DNA of 64,000 nt from an uncultured Gammaproteobacteria bacterium (GCA_964490105.1 CAZAZU010000001.1:710245-774244); one strand, 5' to 3'. Counted from the first letter of the stretch, positions 40,767 to 50,953 are shown. The notes: a model not told the origin generated them from the letters alone. A program made the numbers and translations.

Positions 40767-42377
40767 TTAGTGCCAGAATTTTCGCTGTCCGGTGAATACC
40801 ATTGGAATTCCTGCTTTATTTGCCTCATCTATTGAAGCCTGATCATTTACGCTTCCTCCTTGTTGAACTATTGCAGAAATTCCAGATTTTACAGCAAGCT
40901 TTACACTATCATCAAATGGGAAAAAACTATCGCTCGCTAATATTCCACCTTTAACATTTTTCCCAGCCTGCTCTAGTGCAATTTTTGTAGCTCTCACTCG
41001 GGAGGTTTGACCCGAACCAATTCCTCTTGTCATTGGAAAATTTTTATCAACTACTAAAATTGTGTTTGATCTAATTCTTCCTATGAAACTCCATGCAGTT
41101 TTCATTTGCTTCATTTGCGAAGCAGTTGGCCTTGCTCTTGTAACAACTTTCCAGTCTTTAAAATTCAAATCATCATCCCACTCCTGCATTACAAATCCGC
41201 CATCAAAAAATCTTAAGTGCTTATTATTAGATCTTTTCTTTGGAATTTTTCCAAACACATATACTCCTGTACTTTTTCTGATTTGTTTTATAAACTCTAC
41301 TGCATCATCTTTAACACTTGGCGCTGCAATAATATCAATTAGGACTCCGTTTTCCTCTTTAAAACCTGCAAATGTTTTAGCAGTTTTCAAATCAATTGGC
41401 TCGTTAAGAACTATAACTCCTCCAAATGCAGATTCCGGATCTGCAGCCACTGCTCTTTTTAGTGCCTCTGAAGAAGAATTTGCCAATGCAATTCCCGATG
41501 GACTATTATGTTTAATTACAACTGCTGCTGCCTCCTTAAAAATTCTTACAGATTCTAGACCTGAAGAAATATCGGTAAAATTAGTTGCAGATAAATCTCT
41601 TCCTGTAATCTTTTCAAGTTTTGAAAGAGGACTGTTTGTAGCGGGTGTTATGTAAACTGCTGCTTTTTGATGAGGATTATCACCGTATCTTAGGTCAGTT
41701 ATTTTTCTGCCTGGGATCGCTATTTCGTTAACAAATTTTCCTTTACCAAATTCAAGATAATCTGCTATCTGAGAATCATAAAAAGATAAATGCCTAAATG
41801 CTTTTGCAGAGAGATTTAATCTCGTATTTTCACTAATTTTATTTGCAATTAATAACTCAGTAATATTTTGATAATCTAACGGGTCAGTTATTACTAAAAC
41901 GTTTTTATTATTTTTTGCAGCTGCTCTAATCATGGTAGGGCCTCCTACATCGATATTTTCGATTGCCTCCTTAAGACTTACTTTTGGATCTGAAACAGTT
42001 TTCTCAAATGGATAAAGATTACATACTACAATATCAATAGATTTTATTTTTAATTTTTTTGCTTCTTTTATATGTTTTGAATTTTTTCTATCAAATAATA
42101 TTCCGCTTTCTATTTGAAAACTAATCGTCTTCATTCTTCCATCAAAGCTTTCAGGATTTCCTGTAATATCTTGGATTGGAATAACTTTTATTCCCTCACT
42201 TAATAAAACCTTTGCAGTTCCTCCTGTAGAGATTACTTTATAATTTAATTTTGATAAGGTTTTTGCAAATTCAACTATTCCTGTTTTATCAAAAACACTA
42301 ATCAATGCATATTTTTCTGTAGTTTTCTTACCTGAAGATTTAGCAGATTTTGAAGACTTCTTATTTTTTACTGCCAT
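40767..42377 (-). CDS. purH: Bifunctional AICAR transformylase/IMP cyclohydrolase
   Basis: ALISVFDKTG, STGGT, ENIDVGGPTMIRAAAKN, LRYGDNPHQ, ASDSFFPF, RKFWH. Confidence 0.96.
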   Translation of the reverse strand: MAVKNKKSSKSAKSSGKKTTEKYALISVFDKTGIVEFAKTLSKLNYKVISTGGTAKVLLSEGIKVIPIQDITGNPESFDGRMKTISFQIESGILFDRKNSKHIKEAKKLKIKSIDIVVCNLYPFEKTVSDPKVSLKEAIENIDVGGPTMIRAAAKNNKNVLVITDPLDYQNITELLIANKISENTRLNLSAKAFRHLSFYDSQIADYLEFGKGKFVNEIAIPGRKITDLRYGDNPHQKAAVYITPATNSPLSKLEKITGRDLSATNFTDISSGLESVRIFKEAAAVVIKHNSPSGIALANSSSEALKRAVAADPESAFGGVIVLNEPIDLKTAKTFAGFKEENGVLIDIIAAPSVKDDAVEFIKQIRKSTGVYVFGKIPKKRSNNKHLRFFDGGFVMQEWDDDLNFKDWKVVTRARPTASQMKQMKTAWSFIGRIRSNTILVVDKNFPMTRGIGSGQTSRVRATKIALEQAGKNVKGGILASDSFFPFDDSVKLAVKSGISAIVQQGGSVNDQASIDEANKAGIPMVFTGQRKFWH

Positions 42378-42464
42378 AAATATATATTTCTTATATATGA
42401 AAATAGATTGCCAAGTCAAGTAGAAAAAGGTTTGAAGTAATTTTAATTTGATATAATTAAGCGC

Positions 42465-43043
42465 ATGGCAATAAAAAAAGTAATAAAAGCAGGGGACTCT
42501 CGTTTAAAATCTAAAAATAAAATAGTGAAAAATGTTACATCATTAGAAATTAAAAAACTAATAAGAGATTTAACATCAACCATGTATAAAGTTGACTTAA
42601 TTGGAATTGCCGCTCCACAAATTGGAGAAAATTATATGGTTTTTATAACCCATCCAAGATCTACAAGAGCTAGAAAACTTGGAAAGACTGATAAATTAAG
42701 GGTGTACATAAATCCTAAAATTACATTTAAATCTCGGGATGAAAGCCTTATATATGAAGGCTGTGGAAGCGTTTCAGACTTCGGACCGGTTTTAAGACCA
42801 AGAGAGATTGAAATTTCTGCTACCGATGAAAATGGGAATAGATTTAAGATGCGAGCTGACGGAATATTAGCCCGTGTAATCCAACATGAAATGGATCATC
42901 TAGAAGGAATTGAATTTATACAAAAAGTCAGTGATTATTCAAAAATAATTGTCCAAGAGCATTATAGAAAGCAGATACGAAATTCTCCATTACAACGAAA
43001 AAATTCTCTAATAACGAAAATTGAATATCAGGAATTCAATTAG
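42465..43043 (+). CDS. def: Peptide deformylase
   Basis: IGIAAPQIG, EGCGS (variant of EGCLS), QHEMDHLEG. Confidence 0.9.
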   Translation: MAIKKVIKAGDSRLKSKNKIVKNVTSLEIKKLIRDLTSTMYKVDLIGIAAPQIGENYMVFITHPRSTRARKLGKTDKLRVYINPKITFKSRDESLIYEGCGSVSDFGPVLRPREIEISATDENGNRFKMRADGILARVIQHEMDHLEGIEFIQKVSDYSKIIVQEHYRKQIRNSPLQRKNSLITKIEYQEFN

Positions 43044-43998
43044 ATTTAGAATCAAAATATTCGTAAATTTCTTCTGAATATTTTGCAATATTCTCCGCAG
43101 CTTTCTTATAATCTTTAGTTTCCGACAACACTACTATTATATAGTCTACATTACGAGAATAAACTATCCCAGCATCATGCTTTGAACCAAATAATTCACC
43201 CGTCTTGTGAGCTACCTGAACTTCATCTTCTAAATACTTAGGGATTCTATCGTTTAATGTTTGCTTTTTCAATAAATCAATCATTTTTTCAGAATATTCA
43301 TTGTCAATTATTTTTCCTTTGTATAACATTTCAAAAAACAAACTCATATCATGCGCCGTCGTCTGGGGAGGTTGTTTATAATTGGAACTTGTAAATCCAG
43401 AGTCCTTTATAAAATTTGCAATTTTTTTACTACCAACTTTTGATGAAAGAAGAATTGCTGCATAATTATCAGAAATCGTAATCATTTTTTCTAAAGCCTC
43501 TCCAACCGTCATGCTTATTTTTTCCGGCTCTCCAGTTACAGTAGGTGCGCTAAATCCTTCAGGCGTCGGAGTTGGAGTAACAGTTGAAAGTGCATCGTTT
43601 AATTTACCCACCTCTGCGCTTAGTAAATCGTCTTCTTTCAGTTTTCCGTCTTTGATTTCCTGATAAACGACAGCCATGACCCAAAGCTTATAAAGACTTG
43701 CGCTATCATATTTTTTGTTTTCATTTAATAAGTATTCCTCACCAGTCTGTAAATTTTTAACAACAACTGAGTAACTCCCTTCCCCTGATGGAATATGCGC
43801 ACTAGTTATCTCATTAAGCCTACTATCTATTTTTATTTCTGCTGGAACTACAGAAGGGCGAATCGAATCCTTAGCAGCAAGTACTTTTTTGCCTTGGATT
43901 TCTTTATTCTGTGAAGATGCCAACATATAAATTGACACAGGAATAAGAACCAATAGTAAGCCTAGGTAAAGTAATTCGTAATGCACTCTATTTTTCAC
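43036..43998 (-). CDS. Membrane-anchored class A beta-lactamase-like serine hydrolase
   Basis: SxxK (ASLYK), SDN and HKTG motifs; N-terminal TM. Confidence 0.85.
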   Translation of the reverse strand: MKNRVHYELLYLGLLLVLIPVSIYMLASSQNKEIQGKKVLAAKDSIRPSVVPAEIKIDSRLNEITSAHIPSGEGSYSVVVKNLQTGEEYLLNENKKYDSASLYKLWVMAVVYQEIKDGKLKEDDLLSAEVGKLNDALSTVTPTPTPEGFSAPTVTGEPEKISMTVGEALEKMITISDNYAAILLSSKVGSKKIANFIKDSGFTSSNYKQPPQTTAHDMSLFFEMLYKGKIIDNEYSEKMIDLLKKQTLNDRIPKYLEDEVQVAHKTGELFGSKHDAGIVYSRNVDYIIVVLSETKDYKKAAENIAKYSEEIYEYFDSKSN

Positions 43999-44064
43999 TC
44001 TACAAATTTAAACACACTTAGATAATCTAAACAAGTAGAGATAAGTTGCTCTTTTTATCTGTTA

Positions 44065-44508
44065 TTAATCACCATCTGGGGAAAATCGGATGGCTAAAAG
44101 TCTTACGAAAATAAGTGTCAAAATAATAATCACAAGTATTACTATGCTCGCTAGAGTCGGACCTTTAAACCACAAGGATATAACCTCATTTAGCATTACT
44201 ATTAAAACTGTGTCTACAATAAATGTTACCTTGACCCTTCCTTCGCTTAAATAACTCATTACAGTTCTTATTACCTCTACCACAGCAAGGAGTGTTATTA
44301 CATTTAAAATTAATTCTCTCATTGCTTCCTCCACATTGTGATCAAATAATAACTGCAGGCCGGCTAAAGTTTTTACAATTCCCCCTAAAAAACCGAGAAG
44401 CGCTACTACAACAAGAAGCCTTAAGGAAAATGTAATCAGAACAGGAAGAAGAGCTTTTGAAAAAAGAAAGTTGTTTATTCTCTTAATTGATTTTCTTTTT
44501 TTCGCCAT
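44065..44508 (-). CDS. PsiE-family membrane protein
   Basis: LLAVVEVIRTVMSYL...VTFIVDTVLIVMLNEVI. Confidence 0.75.
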   Translation of the reverse strand: MAKKRKSIKRINNFLFSKALLPVLITFSLRLLVVVALLGFLGGIVKTLAGLQLLFDHNVEEAMRELILNVITLLAVVEVIRTVMSYLSEGRVKVTFIVDTVLIVMLNEVISLWFKGPTLASIVILVIIILTLIFVRLLAIRFSPDGD

Positions 44509-44555
44509 CTGTTAGCAGGCAATTGAATAATAGCATATTTTGATACAATTTAAAT

Positions 44556-45065
44556 ATGTTTAAAAAAATAGGAATTTTATTAATCGTTTTATTTTTTGCA
44601 GGGATTATTTCCCTCACACTTTCATCCAGATCAAATAAAAAACCTGATGAAACATTAATTAACAAATCAGGCGCTAGAACTCAAACAGAGAAAAGGGCCT
44701 CCTTTGCAATTTATACAAATGGCACACTTAGGATTTTTACGGATTCTAAATATCATAATCAGTCAGATGAAGTTTTTATAAATCCGGATTTACCAAATCA
44801 AGTTACTGTTCTTAAAAGTGGCACCACTTGGAGAGATTTTTTCACAACACTCCCTATGAAACTTGAAGAAGATTGTCTTACAACAGGAACGGGGCAAACT
44901 TTTTGCAATAACGAAAAGTACTCACTTCAGTTCTACATTAACGGAGTAAAAAATCAAAAAGCGCTAGATGAAGAAATAAAAGACAATGATAAATTATTGA
45001 TTACTTACGAGTCAGAAGACTCATTGGAGATTCAAAAACAGATTAATTCAATTTCTGATTTATAA
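44556..45065 (+). CDS. Membrane-anchored hypothetical protein with an extracytoplasmic Cys pair
   Basis: N-terminal TM; TWRDFF.TLP..L...CL.TGTGQTFC...LQFYING...DKLLITY. Confidence 0.75.
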   Translation: MFKKIGILLIVLFFAGIISLTLSSRSNKKPDETLINKSGARTQTEKRASFAIYTNGTLRIFTDSKYHNQSDEVFINPDLPNQVTVLKSGTTWRDFFTTLPMKLEEDCLTTGTGQTFCNNEKYSLQFYINGVKNQKALDEEIKDNDKLLITYESEDSLEIQKQINSISDL

Positions 45066-45066
45066 T

Positions 45067-45150
45067 CTATCTTCCAGTTCCGCGTCTTATACCTCTTTTT
45101 CTTTTAGCAAAGGGTCCTTTACCAAGAGTTTTTCTTTTAGATTTTGCCAT
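45067..45150 (-). CDS. 27-aa highly basic protein, bTHX(bS31)-like candidate (not in the ORF track)
   Basis: MAKSKRKTLGKGPFAKRKRGIRRGTGR; SD AGGAGG at 45161-45156; TGGTAAAAT at 45176-45168. Confidence 0.7.
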   Translation of the reverse strand: MAKSKRKTLGKGPFAKRKRGIRRGTGR

Positions 45151-45176
45151 AATTTCCTCCTAGCTATATTTTACCA

Positions 45177-45722
45177 TTAATTTTCTTGATATTCATCTTT
45201 AATATCTTTTCCATATTTTTCAATTAATTTGTGGACTTTCGGACCAATTACATAACTACAATACATAGCGTCCTTATTTCTTTCATAATAATTTTTATGA
45301 TAGTCGTCCGCTTCATAAAAGTTTTTAAAGGAAACAACCTCTGTAACTATTGGACGATCAAACACTTTCTCTTCAGTTAACTCTTGAATAAACTCTTCTG
45401 AAACAGACTTCTGCTCTTCAGAATGATAAAAAATAGCTGATCTATACTGTGGACCCATGTCATTTCCCTGCTGGTTTGGAGTCGTTGGGTCATGAGTATA
45501 GAAAAAAACTTCAAGTAACTTTCTAAAGGGAATTAAGTTGGGATCGAATTCAATCTGAACTGCTTCAGCATGTCCCGTACCACCTTCAGATACTTCTTCA
45601 TATGACGGATTTTGTAAATCTCCTCCTGAGTAACCAGGAATTACCGATATAACCCCTTTAAGTCTTTGAAATATTGCTTCTGTGCACCAAAAACATCCTC
45701 CTCCGAACGTAGCTTTTTGCAT
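45177..45722 (-). CDS. msrA: Peptide-methionine (S)-S-oxide reductase
   Basis: GGGCFWC, TGHAE, HDPT, QYRSAIF, YHKNYY. Confidence 0.97.
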   Translation of the reverse strand: MQKATFGGGCFWCTEAIFQRLKGVISVIPGYSGGDLQNPSYEEVSEGGTGHAEAVQIEFDPNLIPFRKLLEVFFYTHDPTTPNQQGNDMGPQYRSAIFYHSEEQKSVSEEFIQELTEEKVFDRPIVTEVVSFKNFYEADDYHKNYYERNKDAMYCSYVIGPKVHKLIEKYGKDIKDEYQEN

Positions 45723-45763
45723 AAAATCATTATAACACCCTTTTTTATGTTATAATTTAGCCT

Positions 45764-46369
45764 GTGAATCACACATTTAGTCCTGATTTCTTTTTTGACG
45801 TTTCCAGCTTCGAGCACAAAGATTTATTTCAAGTAGAAAACGTCTGGGAAGTTCTTTCAAAAATTTCAAGTTTTATAAAAAATAAATCCTCCCAAAGCAT
45901 CACGTTAGGAGAGGGGACTGTTGTTGAAGAAGGCGCGCTTATTAAAGGCCCGGCAGTAATTGGGAAAAATTGCTATATAGCTCATGGAGCATACATAAGG
46001 GAAAATGTAATCCTAGGTGATAATGTGCACATTGGGCACAGCGTAGAATTAAAAAATTCAATTGTTCTAAACGATACGCATATAGCTCACTTTAACTACG
46101 TAGGGGACAGCATAATCGGCAGAGATGTAAATTTCTCAGCTGGCGCAATCACCGCAAATTTTAGACTCGATGGGGCAACCATAAAAATAAAAAACGAAGA
46201 TGAAGAAATCGAAACAGGACTCAACAAGCTTGGTGCTATTATAGGTGACAAATCAAGAATTGGTGTGAACTCTGTCTTAAATCCAGGAACTATACTTTCA
46301 AAAAATTCCAAAGTCTTTCCTTTAACCAATGTATTCGGAGTTCATTTAAAAGAAGAAACTATTAAATGA
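45764..46369 (+). CDS. Hexapeptide-repeat acetyltransferase (archaeal GlmU C-terminal-like)
   Basis: IKGPAVIGKNC, ELKNSIV, HFNYVGDSIIG, KLGAIIGD, GVNSVLNPG. Confidence 0.85.
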   Translation: MNHTFSPDFFFDVSSFEHKDLFQVENVWEVLSKISSFIKNKSSQSITLGEGTVVEEGALIKGPAVIGKNCYIAHGAYIRENVILGDNVHIGHSVELKNSIVLNDTHIAHFNYVGDSIIGRDVNFSAGAITANFRLDGATIKIKNEDEEIETGLNKLGAIIGDKSRIGVNSVLNPGTILSKNSKVFPLTNVFGVHLKEETIK

Positions 46370-46989
46370 AAGGTAAAATTCTCCTCTTTGATATTGACGA
46401 AACCATATTTGATCCTCAGTCTTTTCTTAATGATTTTTATAGTAATTTAATTTCTATCTTAAAACTTAGTGAATCTGATATTAAAAGGGTCGAAAATATT
46501 TATACAGATATAAAAAATGAATATGGATATTTCTCTCCAGCTCCATTTTTAGACAAAATAATTGAAACTTTTCCGAATATAGATAAAGTCTCTCTAGAAA
46601 AAATCTTCTGGAATATTGATTTATTTACAAAAAACGTGTATAAAGACGCTTCAGTCATTAAGGACTTAGGCCGAATTGGAAATATCGGGATTTTTTCAAA
46701 AGGAGAAGAGAGTTTTCAAAAACAAAAAATTTCATTTCTCTCAGATCTAATCGAAACAGACGATATTCATATTTTCAAAAATAAAATCGATAGAATTAAT
46801 GATGTATTAGATAATTATCAAGATTTAAATATTTATATTATTGATAATGAACCTGATGTTCTGGAATCAGTAAGAAAAATAAATTCAGAAGCATATTTAA
46901 TTTTAATTGATAGAAAAAATAAATATGAGAATTCGGATATAATTAAAATTAAAGATTTAACCGAATTAAAAAGTTTAATATATGACTAA
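46366..46989 (+). CDS. HAD-superfamily hydrolase
   Basis: Motif I FDIDETI; GIFS; IIDN. Confidence 0.8.
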   Translation: MKGKILLFDIDETIFDPQSFLNDFYSNLISILKLSESDIKRVENIYTDIKNEYGYFSPAPFLDKIIETFPNIDKVSLEKIFWNIDLFTKNVYKDASVIKDLGRIGNIGIFSKGEESFQKQKISFLSDLIETDDIHIFKNKIDRINDVLDNYQDLNIYIIDNEPDVLESVRKINSEAYLILIDRKNKYENSDIIKIKDLTELKSLIYD

Positions 46990-47980
46990 AATACCAAAAG
47001 TTGTAACAATAGGCGGAGGAACGGGAAGCTACGTAGCACTTGAAGGACTTAAGAGGTATAACTTCAAGCTAACAGCTATTGTTACCATGATGGATAGTGG
47101 TGGATCTAGCGGAAAACTTCGAGATGAACTAGGTGTTCTTCCTCCTGGGGACATTAGACAATGCTTGGTCGCTCTCTCTGAATCCTCTAAATTAATGCGC
47201 GATATGTTTAATTATAGGTTTGAAGAAGGAGGACTAAAGGGACATAGTTTTGGAAATATTTTTCTTTCTACTTTAGAAAAGAATACAGGGAGCATGAAAA
47301 AGGCAATTTCTGAAGTTGGAAAAATACTAAGAATTAAAGGAAATGTGGTGCCAATAACTTTCACAAAAAACACAAATCTCTGCGTAGACCTTGAAGACGG
47401 AACCACTATTGTTGGGGAAACTCATATCGATGTATTAGAAAAGATGAAAAAAAGAGCCGGAATAGTAAAAGCTTATTTAAAACCAGAAGCCGAATTAAAC
47501 TTAGACGCGAAAAAAGCAATTGAAAAAGCTGATTTCATTTTAATAGGTCCTGGAGATCTCTATACAAGTATAATTCCGAATTTATTAGTAAGTGGAGTAT
47601 CCGAAGTATTAAAAAATTCAAAAGCTAAAAAAATTTTCGTAATGAATCTTATGACCAAATATGGCCAGACAACCAACTACACAGCGACTGACCACGTTAG
47701 AAATCTTGAAAAATATTTAGGAACTGGGGTAATAGATTTTATTCTAATGAATTCTAAAACGCCAAGAGAGGCTACCTTAGAATGGTATGAAGAGTTTGGG
47801 GAAAATCCTGTAAAAGACGATATCGAGGATACCAAATATACAGTAATTAGAAAAAATTTAATTAAAGATGTAATCATCCCTGCTGATAAAAATGACGTAC
47901 TAAGACGTGGAATAATAAGACATGATCCTGAAAAATTGTCAAAAGAAATTATAGAAATTATCCATGGACAAAAAAACTGA
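46982..47980 (+). CDS. YvcK/GlmR (CofD-related) family protein
   Basis: IGGGTG, DSGGSSGKLR, LPPGDIRQCL, GPGDLYTSIIPNL, RHDP. Confidence 0.93.
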   Translation: MTKIPKVVTIGGGTGSYVALEGLKRYNFKLTAIVTMMDSGGSSGKLRDELGVLPPGDIRQCLVALSESSKLMRDMFNYRFEEGGLKGHSFGNIFLSTLEKNTGSMKKAISEVGKILRIKGNVVPITFTKNTNLCVDLEDGTTIVGETHIDVLEKMKKRAGIVKAYLKPEAELNLDAKKAIEKADFILIGPGDLYTSIIPNLLVSGVSEVLKNSKAKKIFVMNLMTKYGQTTNYTATDHVRNLEKYLGTGVIDFILMNSKTPREATLEWYEEFGENPVKDDIEDTKYTVIRKNLIKDVIIPADKNDVLRRGIIRHDPEKLSKEIIEIIHGQKN

Positions 47981-48071
47981 ATTAAGTTGGGTTAAGAATC
48001 TTTCTCTTGGTTTCACTATTGTCTCAATTGGAATCTCAATAGCGGTAATTTTATTTTTACTTTTTAATTAG
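47964..48071 (+). CDS. Possible 35-aa membrane peptide (not in the ORF track)
   Basis: MDKKTELSWVKNLSLGFTIVSIGISIAVILFLLFN; fills the gap between YvcK and VIT1. Confidence 0.45.
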   Translation: MDKKTELSWVKNLSLGFTIVSIGISIAVILFLLFN

Positions 48072-48568
48072 ACTTTAAAATATTTCCCAACCAGAAGCCC
48101 CATTAATGTTGCAGCGCCGCCAAGAATCAAAATCTCAATTGCACTTTTTAAAGGATTTACTTTTACGATATGTGCTTTAAATAACCCGAGTACAAAAAGA
48201 CCTACCATTGCGGCTGCTATACTAATTGAAGCAGATAGGGGTAACTTTAATAAAACAATGGGCGCTAGAGAAACTAGTCCCCCTAGAAAATATGAAAGAG
48301 CCATTAATCCTCCCCCAACCACCAGGCTATCTGTATGCTTTCCGGTTTTATCCATCTGATGTACTGACTTCTCGCTCATGTATTGACCAGCTCCCATAGA
48401 AAGTGACTCAACAGTTATAGTTACTAACCCTGCCAAAATAACAAGCTCTTTATTCTGGGTTCCTGCAGCAACCCCCGCTATCACTCCAGTAGTAGAAACC
48501 AGAGAATCCTGGAAGCCAAAAATAATACTTCTCAAATAATCCTCGTGGATATCAGAAAGCTTTATCAT
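48068..48568 (-). CDS. VIT1/CCC1 family Fe/Mn transporter
   Basis: IIFGFQDSLVST; SLSMGAGQYMSEKS. Confidence 0.88.
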   Translation of the reverse strand: MIKLSDIHEDYLRSIIFGFQDSLVSTTGVIAGVAAGTQNKELVILAGLVTITVESLSMGAGQYMSEKSVHQMDKTGKHTDSLVVGGGLMALSYFLGGLVSLAPIVLLKLPLSASISIAAAMVGLFVLGLFKAHIVKVNPLKSAIEILILGGAATLMGLLVGKYFKV

Positions 48569-48620
48569 AATTATATTCTATCAAATTGACAATAATTCCA
48601 TATTACATCATAATTTCACT

Positions 48621-48806
48621 ATGGCAAAACCAAGAAAAACATACGGCAAAAGACCAGTATGGCAATGGCTCGTTTTTTATTTAGCTGTAGGTTTTATAAT
48701 TTATGGACTATTGTATTTTTCAGGAGTTATTAATTTTGGAAAAAATGATTCGAAGTATGACAAGGATTATTCAACTAATGCTTCCGAATATAACTATCTA
48801 GAATAA
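48621..48806 (+). CDS. Small single-TM protein
   Basis: YGKRPVWQWLVFYLAVGFIIYGLLYF; TTGACA promoter-like box upstream. Confidence 0.7.
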   Translation: MAKPRKTYGKRPVWQWLVFYLAVGFIIYGLLYFSGVINFGKNDSKYDKDYSTNASEYNYLE

Positions 48807-48858
48807 CCCTAGAAACTCTTTCCATAAATTAAAAAAGGAAGTATAATCATCTATACAA

Positions 48859-49281
48859 ATGTCTTTTTTGAAAAAAAACTTTTTGCAATTTTCTTTAGTG
48901 ATTTCCCTAACATCAACTCTGGGTAGCTTATACTTTAGTGAGATTCTAAAGCTCCCTCCTTGTCTTCTGTGCTGGTATCAAAGAATCTTCATGTATCCGC
49001 TTGTTGTAATATTTGCTGTCGGAATTTGGAAAAAGGATAAAAATATTCCCTACTTTGCCCTCCCGCTTAGCATCATCGGAACTATTGTTGCCTCATATCA
49101 CAATCTTCTTTACTATAAAATAGTTCCTGAAAGCTTGGCCCCATGCACTCTTGGCATATCCTGCACAACAAAACAAATCGAATGGTTTGGTTTTATCACG
49201 ATTCCATTCCTTTCTCTTTTAGCTTTTGTTTCAATAACAATTCTCGTGCTTCTTCACAAAAAATATTCTACTGCCAAATAA
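48859..49281 (+). CDS. Disulfide bond formation protein (DsbB/BdbC family)
   Basis: GSLYFSE, PCLLCWYQRIFMYPL, C....SC, ITIPFLS. Confidence 0.92.
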   Translation: MSFLKKNFLQFSLVISLTSTLGSLYFSEILKLPPCLLCWYQRIFMYPLVVIFAVGIWKKDKNIPYFALPLSIIGTIVASYHNLLYYKIVPESLAPCTLGISCTTKQIEWFGFITIPFLSLLAFVSITILVLLHKKYSTAK

Positions 49282-49291
49282 TACATTTTAA

Positions 49292-50953
49292 ATGAAATTT
49301 GATAAGGGGCTAATATTCGTTTTCTTAATTTCCTTAATTCCCCTGTTTGATTTATTTACACTGGGATTATTAGTTACTCATGACGCTTGGCTTCATGGAG
49401 GAAGACTCGCCAGTTTTTATCAAAGTCTAAGCGAGGGAATTCTTATCCCTAGGTGGGCTGGAAATCTTAATCTTGGATTTGGACACCCGATACTCATGTT
49501 TGTTTATCCGCTTCCCTCATACATCGGATCTATCCTTCATTTCCTAGGGCTTACCTACACCGATGCAATAAAAATAATGTTGGGCGGATCTTATATCTTA
49601 AGCGGAATTTTTATGTATATCTGGGTGAAAGAATTTTTAGGAAAAAATGCAGGAATAATTGCAGCAATTTTATATTTATATGCGCCATACAGATTCATAG
49701 ATCTATATGTTCGTGGGGCTTTAGGTGAACATATGGCTTTTGTTTTTCTGCCTCTTATTTTGTATGCGCTTCTTAAGCTAAATAAAATAAAAGGTAACTT
49801 AAATATTAAAGGTTATTATTTATCCTTTGTTTTCTCGGCAATCTCATTCATGCTTTTAATCCTAACCCATAATGCCGTCAGTCTTATATTTATACCTTTT
49901 ATTGTTTTTTATGCTTTATATTTATTTCTTGAAAATAAATCAAAGCTTAAATTATTCATAACATTCTCATCACTTGGATACGGAGTTTTATTGAGTTTTT
50001 TCTTTTGGTTTCCTGCGTTTATGGAAGGGAAGTATACCTTAAGAGACATAATAACTGCCGGCGAATATTCAAAGCATTTCGTAAATCCAATTTCTTTAAT
50101 TTACGGACCATGGAGCTTTGGGGGGTCAGGTATATTTACCGTTCAGATAGGAATTGTTCACATTGCATTAGTAATAGTTTCAATAATATTTTTCAAAAAA
50201 TTATTTAAAAAATCAAAGAATGAAAAAATATTTTACCTGGGGACATTAGGCTTTCTTCTGGTTAGCGTTTTTCTGATGTTAAAAGAGTCAAACTTTATTT
50301 GGCAAATTTTAACAACACTTCCGAAAATACAATTCCCGTGGAGATTTTTAACAATGATAGTATTCTCTACTTCAGTTATCGGCGCTTTATTTGTATCTAA
50401 ATTTAATAATAAATTATTAATCTTAATTATTTCGCTCGCTGCGATCATTCCCACATATTCATATTGGCATGCAAAAGAATATGATACGTCTTTTACAGAT
50501 AACTATTTTGAAAAAGTTTTTAAGGGAACCACAGATACGGGTGAGGTTTCCCCAATTTGGTCAATTAGATTCATGGAGGAGGAGGCAAAAGATGATATTG
50601 AAATAATCGATGGAGATGCCGATCTCATTAAAGTTGAGAAAAAATCAAATTATCATGAATATGTAATTAACGCAAATAAAAGAACCAGAATTCGAGAGAA
50701 TACTTTATATTTTCCGGGATGGAAAGCATATGATAACGAAATTGAAATTACAAATATAGAGTTTCAAGATCCAAAAAACAGAGGCCTTATTACATTTTAC
50801 GTAGATCCAGGACTACACAATATAGTTCTTAGATTTGAAGACACGAAGCTTAGAAAATTTGCAAATTATGTTACTGCAATTTCATTTATCGGATTAATCT
50901 TTGTACCAATACTAATCGCTAATAGCATTAGAAAAAGATTAAAGAATAAATGA
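49292..50953 (+). CDS. PTPS-related-domain membrane protein, probable GT-C
   Basis: THD..LH..R, PRW...LNLGFGHP..FVYPL, YAPYR..DLYVRGALGE, QFPWRF, YFPGW. Confidence 0.8.
   Translation: MKFDKGLIFVFLISLIPLFDLFTLGLLVTHDAWLHGGRLASFYQSLSEGILIPRWAGNLNLGFGHPILMFVYPLPSYIGSILHFLGLTYTDAIKIMLGGSYILSGIFMYIWVKEFLGKNAGIIAAILYLYAPYRFIDLYVRGALGEHMAFVFLPLILYALLKLNKIKGNLNIKGYYLSFVFSAISFMLLILTHNAVSLIFIPFIVFYALYLFLENKSKLKLFITFSSLGYGVLLSFFFWFPAFMEGKYTLRDIITAGEYSKHFVNPISLIYGPWSFGGSGIFTVQIGIVHIALVIVSIIFFKKLFKKSKNEKIFYLGTLGFLLVSVFLMLKESNFIWQILTTLPKIQFPWRFLTMIVFSTSVIGALFVSKFNNKLLILIISLAAIIPTYSYWHAKEYDTSFTDNYFEKVFKGTTDTGEVSPIWSIRFMEEEAKDDIEIIDGDADLIKVEKKSNYHEYVINANKRTRIRENTLYFPGWKAYDNEIEITNIEFQDPKNRGLITFYVDPGLHNIVLRFEDTKLRKFANYVTAISFIGLIFVPILIANSIRKRLKNK

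Noticed and set aside
42465-43043. Deformylase motif EGCGS instead of EGCLS
   Set aside because: The metal ligands (Cys and HExxH) are intact; treated as family variation.
45729-45756. Inverted repeat ATTATAACA...TGTTATAAT between msrA and the GlmU-like gene; similar symmetry at 34942-34969 and 38570-38606
   Set aside because: Fully explained by two back-to-back extended -10 boxes of divergent genes, so not called an operator or transposon end.
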